Assembly (NCBI GenBank): GCA_002269645.1
Contig: NIVC01004034.1
Span: 1 to 63,637, forward strand
DNA: 63,637 nt
Direction: 5' to 3'
From: Macrostomum lignano
Taxonomy: Eukaryota
The position numbers and the translations under genes were made by a program. The notes under the pieces are model-generated. The model did no database searches, had not been told where the DNA came from, and was given only the letters and a program-made list of their open reading frames with translations. Position 1 is the stretch's first letter. Each line of letters begins with the position of its first letter. Shown in pieces: positions 1-11,590 of this stretch.

Positions 1-1106
1 TTCAGGATTTTTAGCGCTTAATTCTCAATATCTCTCAACTTCTGGACCTTTGAATTGCAAACGGAGCAATTATGGTTTTGTCAAAGTTCGATTCACGAAA
101 TTGTGAATCAACGTGGGACCAAACGAAATATAGCTCAGCTTGTACGGTGAGATGTTGTGAATTTAGTGCTCGAAACCTGAGACTGGCCTTCAGGAAATTA
201 TCTGTCCTCTCTGCAGATATTCGAATTCGGAACCCTCACTCACACTGAGATGTATTTTGGCTCGTTTAAATATACCATTGCTTTCGTGGTCAGGAAATTG
301 AAACCCAGAGATTGACTCAGCAATCATTCTGTCTGGTTGGGGTTTATTTCAATCAGTAGAACATACTTCAATGTTTTTCTTTCATGTAGAACCAAGCCAT
401 CCCTTCCTGAAGTCTATCTCACGTGGCTTTCCCGTGGCCAAAGGGGACAAGGGGGTCGTGACCTCTACCCCAGAAACTTATCAAAAATTTCATTCAACCA
501 GTCCGATGTGACCCCCTGACCAACTGCTGCTAGACATCCCAATGCTGAAAGTACAAGTCCCAAGGTAGTCTGTTTTGCAGCGATTATTGTGGCAGTCGGA
601 ATCACTATTTGCATCACAGATTCATTATACGCAGATTTGTCACTCCAGCATTCTTTAATGTATTTAGCGGCCATCTCCAGCGGCTGTCTCCGAGGCTAAA
701 AAACCCCGGGGCCACAGACATTGCAGCAAAGCGGCCATGTCAGTCAGGTTGCCGCAAACCACCAGTAATGGAAAGCGATTGCTCTCGCAGCTTTTCTTCG
801 AGTGCCAATGCTTGAGAGCAGCAGAATCTACAGTCTATGGTCAAAACCCCGGGGCCAGACAATGATGGTGTGAATATGGAACTAGCAGCATACTAAGAAG
901 ATGCGATTCAATGGTATATTCTTCTGCAGTCGGGATGCTTGATATTGTATTATCGCGCAAGCGCCGCAGGTATTAAAGTCTAAGCTGAGGCGAGATATCA
1001 AGCTCAGACTAATGCTAAATGCAGAACATTTTTATTTAAAAGCGAGACATATCGAAATCAACTAGACTTCTACCCATGTTACTTAACTACAAAGCTCTGC
1101 CAACGG

Positions 1107-1362
1107 ATGAGATTAGTGGCGTCACTGATAATGAGTTGGATATCATTACGAGATCTGTCTTCGAACGGCGATGAATGTCGCGAGCTTATCGACGACTTCA
1201 TGAACTTCCTGGCGAAGGAGACCGAACAACTTGTTGACGATTTACAGGAGTTCGAAGAACAACTAGCTGATAGCGGTGATCTGAGTGATGAGTTGCTCCA
1301 GTTAGATGGCATCGAGATTGAAGGTCTGCCCGCTAGCACCAGGCGGCAAATGGAGGAGAACG
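1107..1362 (+). CDS. Possible BAG-domain-like coding exon (orphan)
   Basis: Acidic helical peptide containing ELLQLDGIEIEG, resembling the BAG motif LLxLDGI(E/D)xxG; ends at a GT donor (aacg|gtaggc, 1362/1363). No partner exons found. Confidence 0.3.
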
Positions 1363-2075
1363 GTAGGCTATCTTGAATATTTCGTTAAACTGCTTTTTGA
1401 AACCTGTTATCCTTCGTATGCTTATTAGTTTTCTGTTATCTTAAAATATACCGATGGACAATAACACCAAATATGTCTATTAGACTTGAAAGGATTGAGG
1501 TTTTAACCATAGACAACGGCGTCTGCAGGAAGGGGCGAGCCATCCTTCACAGGCGTCTCTATAGTGTCTCTGACCCAACTGCGCAAGAAATCCCAGGGCG
1601 CAGTGCTCCCTCAGTTTGAGACAGAAGCGTCAGAGGCTGGCTCAGTTTTTAGCTGAGGATTTAGTATATAGGATTGCAATCTCTAGAGCGTTATGGACAT
1701 TCAAGCATACAAACCTTGGAGATTTAGTATATTTAGATTGAGAAATCGGGTACAAGAGAAGTTTTGTTAAAGTTTTACACAACGATTAGAGATTCGGTAT
1801 GGTCTGCTTGGGTGAGTACCCGCTCTGTGTTGGTAATATGCACCATGCTTATTTGTTTGCAATGGACTATTTAAAGTGCTTTGAAATTCTTGCAGTAATA
1901 TAGTATTTATGCAATTATAGCTCTTAGTCTTGGTATGTAGTAACTATGGGGTCGTACTATAAAGCTGTCGTAGCGTAAGTTCGATCGTACGTCGGAACTT
2001 TTACACGGCGGAGATAGGAGCTAAGAACGATTTTATCTTACGATGGCTTTATAGAACGGCCCTATATATCTAGTG

Positions 2076-2390
2076 GGAGGTTGTAGCCTAGTAGTTAGAG
2101 CGTCGGACTCACGACTTGAAAATTTGGGGTTCGATTCCCGATTCCACTGGAACAATTTGTGTCCTTAAGCAAGACACTCAACTCAACTCTGCATTTATTC
2201 AGTTTACCCAGCTGTAGAATGGGTGCCAGCGTTAGCTGGGGTAATTGAGGGTGTGTGTGGCGACCCCCCAGTCCTTGGACTGAACAGGCGTGCGCAGCCT
2301 TCAGATGCGCCGCGCAATAGCAGCGGCTGAGCTGTCGGTTTCGCATCTGCCCCAATTAGGCTAGGGCAGGTGTAATCAAATATAAATAGT
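2076..2390 (+). mobile_element. tRNA-derived CORE-type SINE, copy 1
   Basis: A-box (tagcctagtagttagagc) and B-box (ggttcgattccc), then tgtgtccttaagcaagacact...cagctgtagaatggg matching the MIR/CORE consensus. Colinear with the copy at 26193-26490. Confidence 0.85.
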
Positions 2391-4389
2391 AGTTACTATG
2401 CTTAACTACTTACAGGGGTCATTGTCGGTAATGAAGTTACAATTAATAGCGTTTAGTAGAGCCTAAAATCGTCTCGTGATTTTATTCTTATTTGTTACTT
2501 GTCGAGGAAGTCGGGGTTTAACCATTTATGCTGCTAGCGTTTAGCAAGAATTTAGAAAGTCTTGACCTTGTAATGCACTCCGCTTGGGCTTGCTATGATG
2601 ACTTAGGTACAACTGTAAGGTCGGCCATAGACCATTCTCTACGGCAATGCTGCATACCATTATTATATTATTATGCATTTTGCGCTTGTTATGACTTCCT
2701 CTCTGGCGGAAGACATTGAGCGAAGACCTCTTAATAATTGCTCTATTAACCGAGCGTCTTATTTCATGTTATCGTAACATTCATTTTTATTTTCCAAGCT
2801 TCAAGCATCGCTTCTTTAGCTTATGGCTGGGTGTGTGTGCGACTGAGTCGTCTATGGCCACACCCAACAGCGCTCTTATTAACGCAGCGAGCAAATAACA
2901 GTCGGCAGAAACCACACAGTCGACTTATAACTTTCGCGTATGAAGAAAAGTCAAATGTCGCGATATGGTGCTAGGCAGACATGAAAAAACTCAAAAGGCC
3001 GCTTGCACTGAGCAGGGCTGACTTGTATATTTGGCTAAGATAAATTGCGTGATAAATAAATTATTGAATTGAGTGTTGGCTGTACGTACTTGTACAGGGC
3101 AGTGATAACGCCGGAGGGATGCACTCTTGCGATGCCACATCTCCTCACCAACAAAGAGGGAGCCGCTCCGGAGGGACTCCTTTGTTTGTGCGATCACGCT
3201 GCGTCTTGGTGGTGACCGACGCATATCGATTGAAGGATCTGCATCATCCTTTGCATCCAGATCCACCGGCCTTGCGCTCTGTCTCCGGTTTATTGGTCCT
3301 TATAACGGGCCATCACAGCGGTATTGTGTCCCGCCTAGCACCTCCATCCAGTGGACTATGCTTTCCGGTCACTTCCTTCATTTCGGTCGTCTCGTCGAAC
3401 TCGAACCTTGACATCACGTCGACATACGGGATGTTCCTTCCCCTGACATAGGCAATCATAATCAACCAACAAGCTCACATAACAGTTGCACTCTTAGATG
3501 AGCGTTTTATTTTATTTCATCGTGAAAAATTTTCCTTTTATTTAAAGGCTCCAAGCATTTCTTCTTTAACTCATCACTGGGTGTGTATGCGACTTGTTGT
3601 ACTTTGTCTTTAAGTCTTCAATTTGAGCTTGACACAGTGCTCAGCTCTCAATCCATTTTATTATTCTTAATTCTTAGTTTGGTACGTTCGACCTCTTCAT
3701 TTCATCAACATAATTGCGCGCAGCAGGAAACCGAATGTGTCCATGGAAACAATCGTTTCACCCGCAACACGACTGAGTCGTCTATGGCCACAAAAAACAG
3801 AGATGATCTTCGAAGTCTTCAACTGCATTGTGGCATGCAGAGGCGGACTTGTCCCACAAAGACAGCAGTTACCCAAAGGTCAGTTGGTCAGTTGAGCAAG
3901 GCATCCAACTGGTCAGTTGAGCAGACTGGTCACAGTGCCAATCAGCTCAGCTAACTTCAGCACTTTCGGGGGGATTCCGTCGACTCAAGATGCAGCGTCC
4001 GCTCGCATTTTATTCAGGACTTTACCAACCTCCTGCCTTGGTCATGGTGATTGTGGTGCAACAAAAGGACTTAGCTGGGGCGGGTGTCAGGCCGGAGGCT
4101 GGTGGGGGAAGCAAGCCAGGATCGGGTGCGTTCAACACCAGCTGGTAGTGCGAGGCCACCAGCTGCTTGCGATCTTCCGGGGACTTGGCAGCGACGATGG
4201 TGTTGGACTTCTTTCTGCGATCGATCAACCTGTTGATGCAGCGCTAGGCGGCTGCATGCAGACAGTTCTCGCTGGCCAGATGGATCTCAGCTACCGCCTC
4301 TCTGGCGTGGATTTCAACCTGCTGCTCATGGCCACTGCTGCCTGTGCGATCCTGCAGGCGTTGGCGATTCTCGGCTGTAACAGCGGCAG

Positions 4390-4610
4390 TTGAAGCGTAC
4401 ACAAGTTATGTGCAGCCTCCTGTCCCGCAGGGCGAATATTGCATGCCTGCAACAGCATGTCGACATTGATGATGTCCTCAGAGTGCCTGTGGTGTTTCTG
4501 GACCACCAGGATGGAGATGGACGGTCAGCGGCCAGGTTAGTGAGCTCTTGTAGCTGCCAGCCAGCGGACAGAGTGCAGCAGTTGAAGGTGGCCACCTTTA
4601 TGTGGGCCGA
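4390..4610 (-). mobile_element. Degenerate non-LTR retrotransposon AP-endonuclease N-terminus
   Basis: IKVATFNCCTL...QLQEL followed by a frameshifted VQKH(R) segment, typical of the APE start of RTE-like LINEs. Confidence 0.45.
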
Positions 4611-4689
4611 GAGATGAGTTTTCTTGCAGCTGGCTGCTCCGTTAGTTTTAATTCGGGTGTCCATGCTACTCAAATTTTATGGAGTTGCG

Positions 4690-5290
4690 GCACCAGGTCA
4701 GTCAACGGTTTACAGATGGTACTCAAAGTTCTGTGGATGAAGCATTTCCCCTGGTCTCAGCTCCTCGGACTGGCCGGCCACGGTCAACAAGGACCCAAAG
4801 GAACTGATCTAGACCTGCCGTGCTCTTGTTGAAGAGGATCCAAAAGTTAGTGAGTGTCAAAGACCTCGCCGACTTTGTGAAAGTTGGAAAAACAGCAGTG
4901 CACGAAATTTCGACTGAGGATTTGCACCTTCGAAGAGTTTCTGCTGGCTGGGTTCCGCATGCTCTCCCCGAGGAGAACATATTCGCAGTCTTTTTTACAA
5001 CGATGGCATGAAAATAACTTTTCAACAAGTTGAAGGTGGAAGATGAGACGGGGTGTACATGAACAACACAGGTACAAAGTAAAGCAACAGGTGCAGGCTT
5101 GGCCAAGGTGAGATCAGCGACCACCAATGAAGTTCGAGAAGCTGCGTTGCAGTTTGCCAGAGGCCTTGATGATGATTGCTTGAAAAGAGAGGTTCAGCGA
5201 CTTGTTGAGCATTGCAAAGCTGTAATCAATGCAAGGGGAGATCACATTACCAACTAGTAAGACTGCTTTTTCAATACTTCGTACAATTTC
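4690..5290 (+). mobile_element. Internally deleted mariner transposase relic
   Basis: VYRWYSKF and TGRPRS (HTH1), VKDLA...VHEISTEDLHLRRVSAGWVPHAL (HTH2 plus WVPHEL motif), and C-terminal NEVREAALQFARGLDDDCLKREVQRLVEHCKAVINARGDHIT*. The DDD core is missing. Confidence 0.8.
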
Positions 5291-6940
5291 ACGACTTTCC
5301 GTACAGCCGAAGTATTCTTTGTTTCGAGTGCATGACGGGAGATAGAGTCAGGTGGAGGTCTCTGCCCTCGAGGCTCCGGTTGGCCAGACCGCGAGTCCTG
5401 GTGAAGACGTCGGGTTGCGGTACGGAGCGCCTTGTGTCGGCCATCGGCAGCCCCAGCACTTTGTCGTCCTCGGTGGGTTGCCACCTTAGTGGCCGCACAT
5501 TCAGGAGAAGGCGGCTCCGTTGGCACCTGCCCTGCGCTCAGGGATGGAGGTTGGGCAAATATTTTCCTGCTCAGCAGAGGTGAAAAATTATAGCCAAAGA
5601 AATGCTACTCTTTCAAAAGTAGTGTGCTGCGCAAATTTGATTGAATGGATCATAATGGGCCTTACGAGCCAAAGGGTTTGGTATCGAGTGCAGCCACGAA
5701 AGCGTAAATAAGGAGAAACTTGTAGGAAATAAGCGTCAGAAAAGCGAGTCAGAATGACTGTATCGTATACAGAGTTTTAGAGTAGAGTTGCCATGACAAC
5801 AAGAACAAAAAGATGGTTGCAGATCCCGAGACCCAACTGAGTAGCGACTGCTTCACTAGTTGATGAGGCTGAAACGCGTGAGAAAGAGAAAAAGCGGTTT
5901 GCGAGTTGCGCAGCTGTTTAGATTTTTGGCAAATGCTGCTTGCTGCTTCTCGTTAATTATTCAAAGGACGAAGCCGACAACTTCGGAAGCTCTTGAGAAG
6001 CTCTTGCTTTAGCGTTTGAGAAGCTTTGGACCAGAAATTTTGTGACAGATGGGAAAAAATGGAGAACAAGTGAAAGGCCGGCATCGCCTCGGCGAACGCT
6101 GCTGCTTTGTCAGCGACAAAATCAACTCCTGAGAGATGGAGACAGCTATCAGTAGCAATTGAAATTATAGCTGTTTGTTATACTTTAATATACGAAAAAC
6201 CGGACGCAAAAAGCTCACCTCGATTTCAATTTCGAGGTGTTTCGCTGGACATCCAAAACCTCTTTTTTCATTAGCAAATAAATTAGCCAGAAACCAGATG
6301 CCGGTAGAGATTAAATACTGGAGAGCCCGACTACAGGCAAGCGTTCCCAGTTCCCAGAATTTGCAAAGTTAGTGAAGTGAGAATGCATCGAGCCAGAGCA
6401 TGCGACAAATGGTTGGCAACCATTTGTAAGCAACTACGGGACAGTTTCAGCTTCAGTAGAGATGCATAGTCCCAGAGATGTGCTCATGCCGAGTCTTTTA
6501 GGTAGAAAGTTTCCTCATTTCTCTCAGCTGGGAAGTCATCAAGTGGTGAGCGGTGAGGCTACCGCCAGCATCAAAGCGCTGAAAAGTTACGAAATTAAAT
6601 AATTCAAAGGAGAGCCCGACTGCAGGCAAGCGTTCCCGGTGAAAAAAAGAATTTGAAAAAGTTAGTGAATTGAGGATGCATTGAGTCAGAGCAGCCAGGA
6701 AAATCTACCGGTGCTTGTTGCTAGGCTTCTAGTTGCTACATTTCTGCAATCTATTTTTATTGAGAAATCTTTGCAAACATATCTGCAAAACAGAAAACAA
6801 GGGAATAGAACTGATAACCTTTTTAAAAAGAAGTTTTACATGCTTTGACTCTTTCTGATAAGTTTTTGTTAAAAATTAAAATTCCTGGCTTTATGAGAGT
6901 TAAAAAGTTGCTGGTGAAAAAAAATCCAATTTTCTTCAGC

Positions 6941-7577
6941 TCAGTTGAAGGGCGACAGGCACTCGCAGAGACCGTAGCTGGTCGAAGACAAGTCAGTGAG
7001 GCCGCTCTTTCCGGAAAAGGCAGCGAGCTTGTCCTGCCCAGCCCCGTTATTGTCTGGCTCGCCATCGGCCCACAGGCTGGGCTCCACAGGGATGTTGCAG
7101 CCGACCCAGTACCAGCCGCCTGCCGGCTCCGCGCTGCCGGCCGGCTGGAAGCCTCCCAGCCACAGGGAGTTGCCGTGACGAAGCGACTCCACGTGGCTCA
7201 TCTCCGAGCTGCTCGTCACATCGGCCATGATCACCAGACCGCTCTCCGACTCGCATGTCGATTTTATGACGTTCCACGAGCCTCCATGCTGCTTGTACTT
7301 GACTCCGCAGAAGTCGTCTCCGTATCCGGGCGGACACAGCTGTCCCGCTGGCAGTCCCGGCTGCTGCCTCACGAACACCTGGCCTCGTCTGGAGCAGCCG
7401 CAGTCCCTCACAGACTTGCTGCACTTGTTGAACTCGAACAGCTTGGACGAAGTCGCTGTTGATGCACAGGGAGCCGTTGATGGGAGTGAACTTCAGGGAG
7501 CAGGACTGGCTGCCCAGAGCAGTGCTCAGCAGTGAGACAAAGACAAAGACAGTCCTGAGGCACTCAAGCTGATGCAT
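6941..7577 (-). CDS. Secreted C-type lectin, single exon, with one +1 frameshift at ~7445
   Basis: Signal peptide (TVFVFVSLLSTALG) in ORF 7047-7577; CTL motifs LWLGG, WYWVG, WADGEPDN and YGLCEC in ORF 6941-7411. GC3 bias switches frame at gac ttc gtc(c) aag ctg. Confidence 0.8.
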
Positions 7578-9580
7578 GGCTGCAGCAGGAGCTGCTTCTG
7601 CTGCGGCTTGATTGAGCTGATGGCTTTTATATGCATTCAGCTTTCTGTGAGTGATGCCATTGGCTTGCGGGGCCAGAGTTATTTTAGAAGAGGCAGAACT
7701 ATTTTACAGATATAGCTCACAGTTTCTAGAACAATACAGCCCATGAAATGGCTGTAAAATTTCAGGTTGCATTTTGGGCTTTATCAACCTGTTCCAATAT
7801 TTTTATCAGATTTCAAGTTAAGATTTAAGGATGTTTCGGCTTCAACCGTTAAAACCTTTAGAAATTTGAATGAGAAGAACTACCGGTAAAGGAGTGACTG
7901 AGACTCACTGAGACCAAGAGCTGCCATGCCAACTCTTAGGTCAACTCAGGTAAAAAATACGCTCGTAGCGAGTAGATTGGAAGATTTGCAGTCGCGCATC
8001 TCTTGCTGAGCTTTTTAGTACCGGCAATTCTGATCCAGAGAATATTTTTTCAGGGGAAAAGAGTTGCGAACAATGAGCTTGAACAGAAAGCACTGCCTTA
8101 CTTTGCTATCATGAAAAACCCCAGAGACCAACTGCAGATTGCTGCACTGGGTAGGCAGTGCTTTGCAGAGAAGCCCGGCTTTCTGCTCTCAGTGCTCAAG
8201 CATGTGACTGCGCAGGGCAGGGGAGCCTGGCTTCTTCTGGAGTTTCACCCACCAACTCCCGATGAGCTGCGAGAGCGAGCCAGAATTCTGCCCAACCCAT
8301 CTTGCTTTTGCTTAAGAAAGAGAAGCTTGTTTTTGATCAACAATTGTTTTCATCGCTATGGAAGAGGTCCTTGATTGACATGAAAGCCTTTTTGCGGTTC
8401 TAGCGTCAACTAAATATGCCGTGAGCTTCAAGCGGCTGTGGGTGAAAATTGCTCGAAAAAGAAGTGCGTTATTTTCTTGCCTCTTGCGTAACAATCTGGT
8501 AGCTTTCGCTCGATGAGAAAAAGCTGTTCTTGCAAAGTCAAAAAAGACAATTTTCCAAATTATTCACCTGAGAAGCAAGGGAGAATTGCTGAAGGCTGGC
8601 TTCATCAAAATAATCGCGATTCTGCTTATGCTGATAAAGAAGAAGAAACAAGTTGAATTTTTTTAGAAATGGCTCTTGATTTCTAAGCCGGAGAATGAGA
8701 TGCCGGTGCAGAACTTCAAGCCGAATGAGACTTGAGGCAGGCTCAGAAGAAATATGATAATATCTTGTATATCAAAGTACAATGCAAAATCTGCTGGCTA
8801 AGCACAGATATGCACAATGCTGGGCCTCCTATGTTCTCCTCGGCGTCGTTCCCATTCTCTGCTAGAAGGTGCGGCAGGCTATCAACCTCATTGAGCGTCT
8901 CCATGCTCAAACACTACTCATACACGTTCTTCTCCGCTCTGCTTCTTGCTACTCAGCGTTGAGTCCTGTTGAGACATTTCTTTGAAAGCTTTCCGTATTA
9001 AATTTCACTGTGGAAACAGCTTCACAGTTTGCACAGTTCAATGTGGAATTGTAGAGTGTTTTGAACGTTCGTCTTCGCTGCCATTTCTGCAGGAATGCCG
9101 AGCGTCACGCGAGTGGCGTATCAATATTGGCTTTTTCCCGTGCAGCTTAATTCGCTGCCTGAGAAAAGCTATTTTCCAGGGATATACAGTGAGCAGAGCC
9201 AACTGTCTCTTGCGGGGGCGTTCTCTTAACTGAATACATTTGAGCCTACGTCTTCAGCGCATGTCATATTAAGAGTGAGTCACTAATGAGTTCATGAGTG
9301 ACTCATAAGTGACTCATGAGTGAGTTTTTACAGGTCTGTACTGACCGGATCAATAACATGATCGGCCAGCATTGGTCGGCCATTGGTTGGTCGGTCGGTC
9401 GTTGGTAGGCCGTGGTCGGCCACCATACAGGGCTGTTGAGTCCCAGAGATCTCAAAAGTAAGGTTAGAAATCAAATGTTTTATTTTGATGGCAGGTGGCC
9501 AAAAAGATTATTGTGACTACGGTTGAAAAGTTTGGTGCCGGGAGCTTCAGTGCTCTATAACAATTAGAATGTTGCACGAG

Positions 9581-9760
9581 CTACTCACAGATAACTTCAG
9601 TCACAGAAGACACAACAAGGGCCATGGATAGACGCATCAAAAGCATTTGGGCCATCGCTTTCGCGTCCCATGCATATAACTGCACAACGATTGAAAATCT
9701 GTCGAACCACCTGGAGAAGTTGCTTCCAACCTCCAAGCGCTCGATTTCCATAGCACCTGC
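9581..9760 (-). mobile_element. Gag-like N-terminal fragment of an LTR element
   Basis: IERLEVGSNFSRWFDRFSIVVQLYAWDAKAMAQMLLMRL resembles Ty3/Gypsy gag N-termini. Confidence 0.4.
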
Positions 9761-10089
9761 CATTGGGCGCATTGGTCCATTTGCACTCTTCGTCGGTTGA
9801 CTTGTGGCTTGATACAAGTCTGTATAGACCGGATTAACAACACAGGGCTTGATGCCCTGAATCTGCGTACTTTTACGCGTGGTAGCACCTTCAGCTTTAT
9901 TTATGCCAAGGTCCGCTTTTCAATTGAGTCGTATTTATTTACTCATTTCACTCCGACGAGCTCTTAGTTAGGCTCTTGTGCTCTGGGTACGATACGCGCT
10001 CGTACAGGCAAATAAAATACGAGCTAGTCTACGACTTTAATTCAGTTAAAATTAACTTTATCTGTTCGGACAAAAGCCAGTCCGCAGCA

Positions 10090-10365
10090 GAGTTCATGAG
10101 TGCCTATGTCGTTAGGCGATCATCAGCGGTTCTGGAGCGAAGTAGTCTTTTCAGATCCTTGTATTCAGCTTCACTATGCTTTGCAGGAGCCAGTGTGTTT
10201 CTTACTTCAAATAGAAGACGGTATGCTGCTGATCCAATAGAGCTCAACAAATTCAGGCGATTCGGGCTGTCATTGATCCCGAATCTCTTGATACACGGCT
10301 CCCAATCTTCCCGGTGAACCGTGTTGAATGCTTTGGTGATTTTCGTCATCCTTGTTACCAATATT
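10090..10365 (-). mobile_element. Gypsy (K02A2.6/Mag-like) element B: PBS-like start plus gag N-terminus
   Basis: attggtaacaaggATG resembles the tggcgacgaggATG start; peptide EDWEPCIKRF...LLSSIGSAAYRLL...LAPAKHSEAEYKDL, with frameshifted APEPLMIA. Confidence 0.7.
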
Positions 10366-10395
10366 GAGTCTCAATAATCTCAACGAATAGCCTGG

Positions 10396-11424
10396 TCAGT
10401 TGTAGCAAGTAGCCATGAATTCGAGCGTATGTTTTAGCCGCATAATATTAACAATCGAGCGCCTGAGAGCACCGTTTGCCTTTCGAACGAGCACGATTGG
10501 AAGGGCCCATTGAGAGAAACTGACCTGGTTGACGATATCACTGTTGTTGAGACCGTCGATCCCCTTCTTGAGCTTTGCTTTCGATGCAAAGCTCAAGGAG
10601 CTCAAGGACGCGCCTTAATGTACTTCGACACAGCTCCTTCTACCAGCTGAAGCTTAGCTTTTTAACTGATCCATCTGTACCCGAGTGTGCCCGATTGTAA
10701 CATTTTGCAGGGCAATGTTGATAACGGTCGCGTCCCAGAAGAGCAAAGTTCCGGTAGGATTTAGCGACCTGATACCTGACACTCACGGATTTACCATTCC
10801 AAACTGTCTGGAGTGTGAATTGTCTCAGCAGGTCAAAGCGGTGACTACTACGCTCGTATCAGAGTATCCAATCAGAACTGCATCGCTAGGCTCTAGAACT
10901 GGTCTGCCAATGTCCGCCCAGAGACGAAAGCACCAGCATCGAGCTGACAGTTGATGAGCCTAAGTTGACCTTTGATCGCACACTTCAGCAATACTGCAAG
11001 ATGTGCTCCTTTCACAACTGGCGCATCAGAGACAGAAAGTACTTCCTTCAAATCCTGCATTTTAAAGTGATGCAGATTACCACACTTTCTGCATTATTTT
11101 TCATTGGCCGGACTTTGGGGTCTTGGGTGCTGCTCGCCTCCACAACGGTTACAGCGACTCTTTGTCTCTGCCTCTGACCAACCGGAGAGTTTCCTCGTAG
11201 GCTTCCCCGATGAAAATGACTTCCGTCCAACTTTCGTAACAGTTTCTTGTTTCTGGCTGGTGCCGACTGCATGATTTGCGTGCCTTTCAGCGAAGCAAAA
11301 GGCTTCGGCCACGGCCTGCTTGAAACTGAGTTCCTCGTGGTCCTTGATCAGAAGCTTCGCTACCAGAGATTTGTCATTAAGACTGCAAATGAACTGGTCT
11401 CGCAATCTTTCGTAAACTGACACT
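10396..11424 (-). mobile_element. Gypsy element B: gag C-terminus, Zn knuckle, protease and RT start (degenerate)
   Basis: ERLRDQFICSLNDKSLVAKLL; CNRCGGEQH; CQLDAGA and LLGRD (protease); FSQWALPIVLVRKANGALR (RT N-terminus). Confidence 0.75.
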
Positions 11425-11590
11425 TGTTTGCATATAAAATAGTTAGGCTCTGATTTTGAGCCGAGTGTGTGCCAGAGTATATTATATAAATGAAAACTGA
11501 GCCTGGTCGACTTAACTGCCGCGCTGCAGGCTTTAACATAGACAACAATACTCGTATAAAGTTCAACGTAAGCGCTTGTCACTACCAACA
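11425..11590 (-). mobile_element. 3' LTR (166 bp) of Gypsy element A
   Basis: On the - strand it begins TGTTGG right after the polypurine tract gaagaggggagg (11591-11602) and ends CAAACA, giving TGTT...AACA termini. Confidence 0.75.

Noticed and set aside
2076-2150. tRNA gene (also 26193-26265)
   Set aside because: The acceptor stem and cloverleaf are imperfect and the sequence continues into CORE and a shared tail, so it is a SINE head.
8003-9233. Short ORFs between the lectin and the Gypsy cluster
   Set aside because: No recognisable motifs, codon bias or splice structure.
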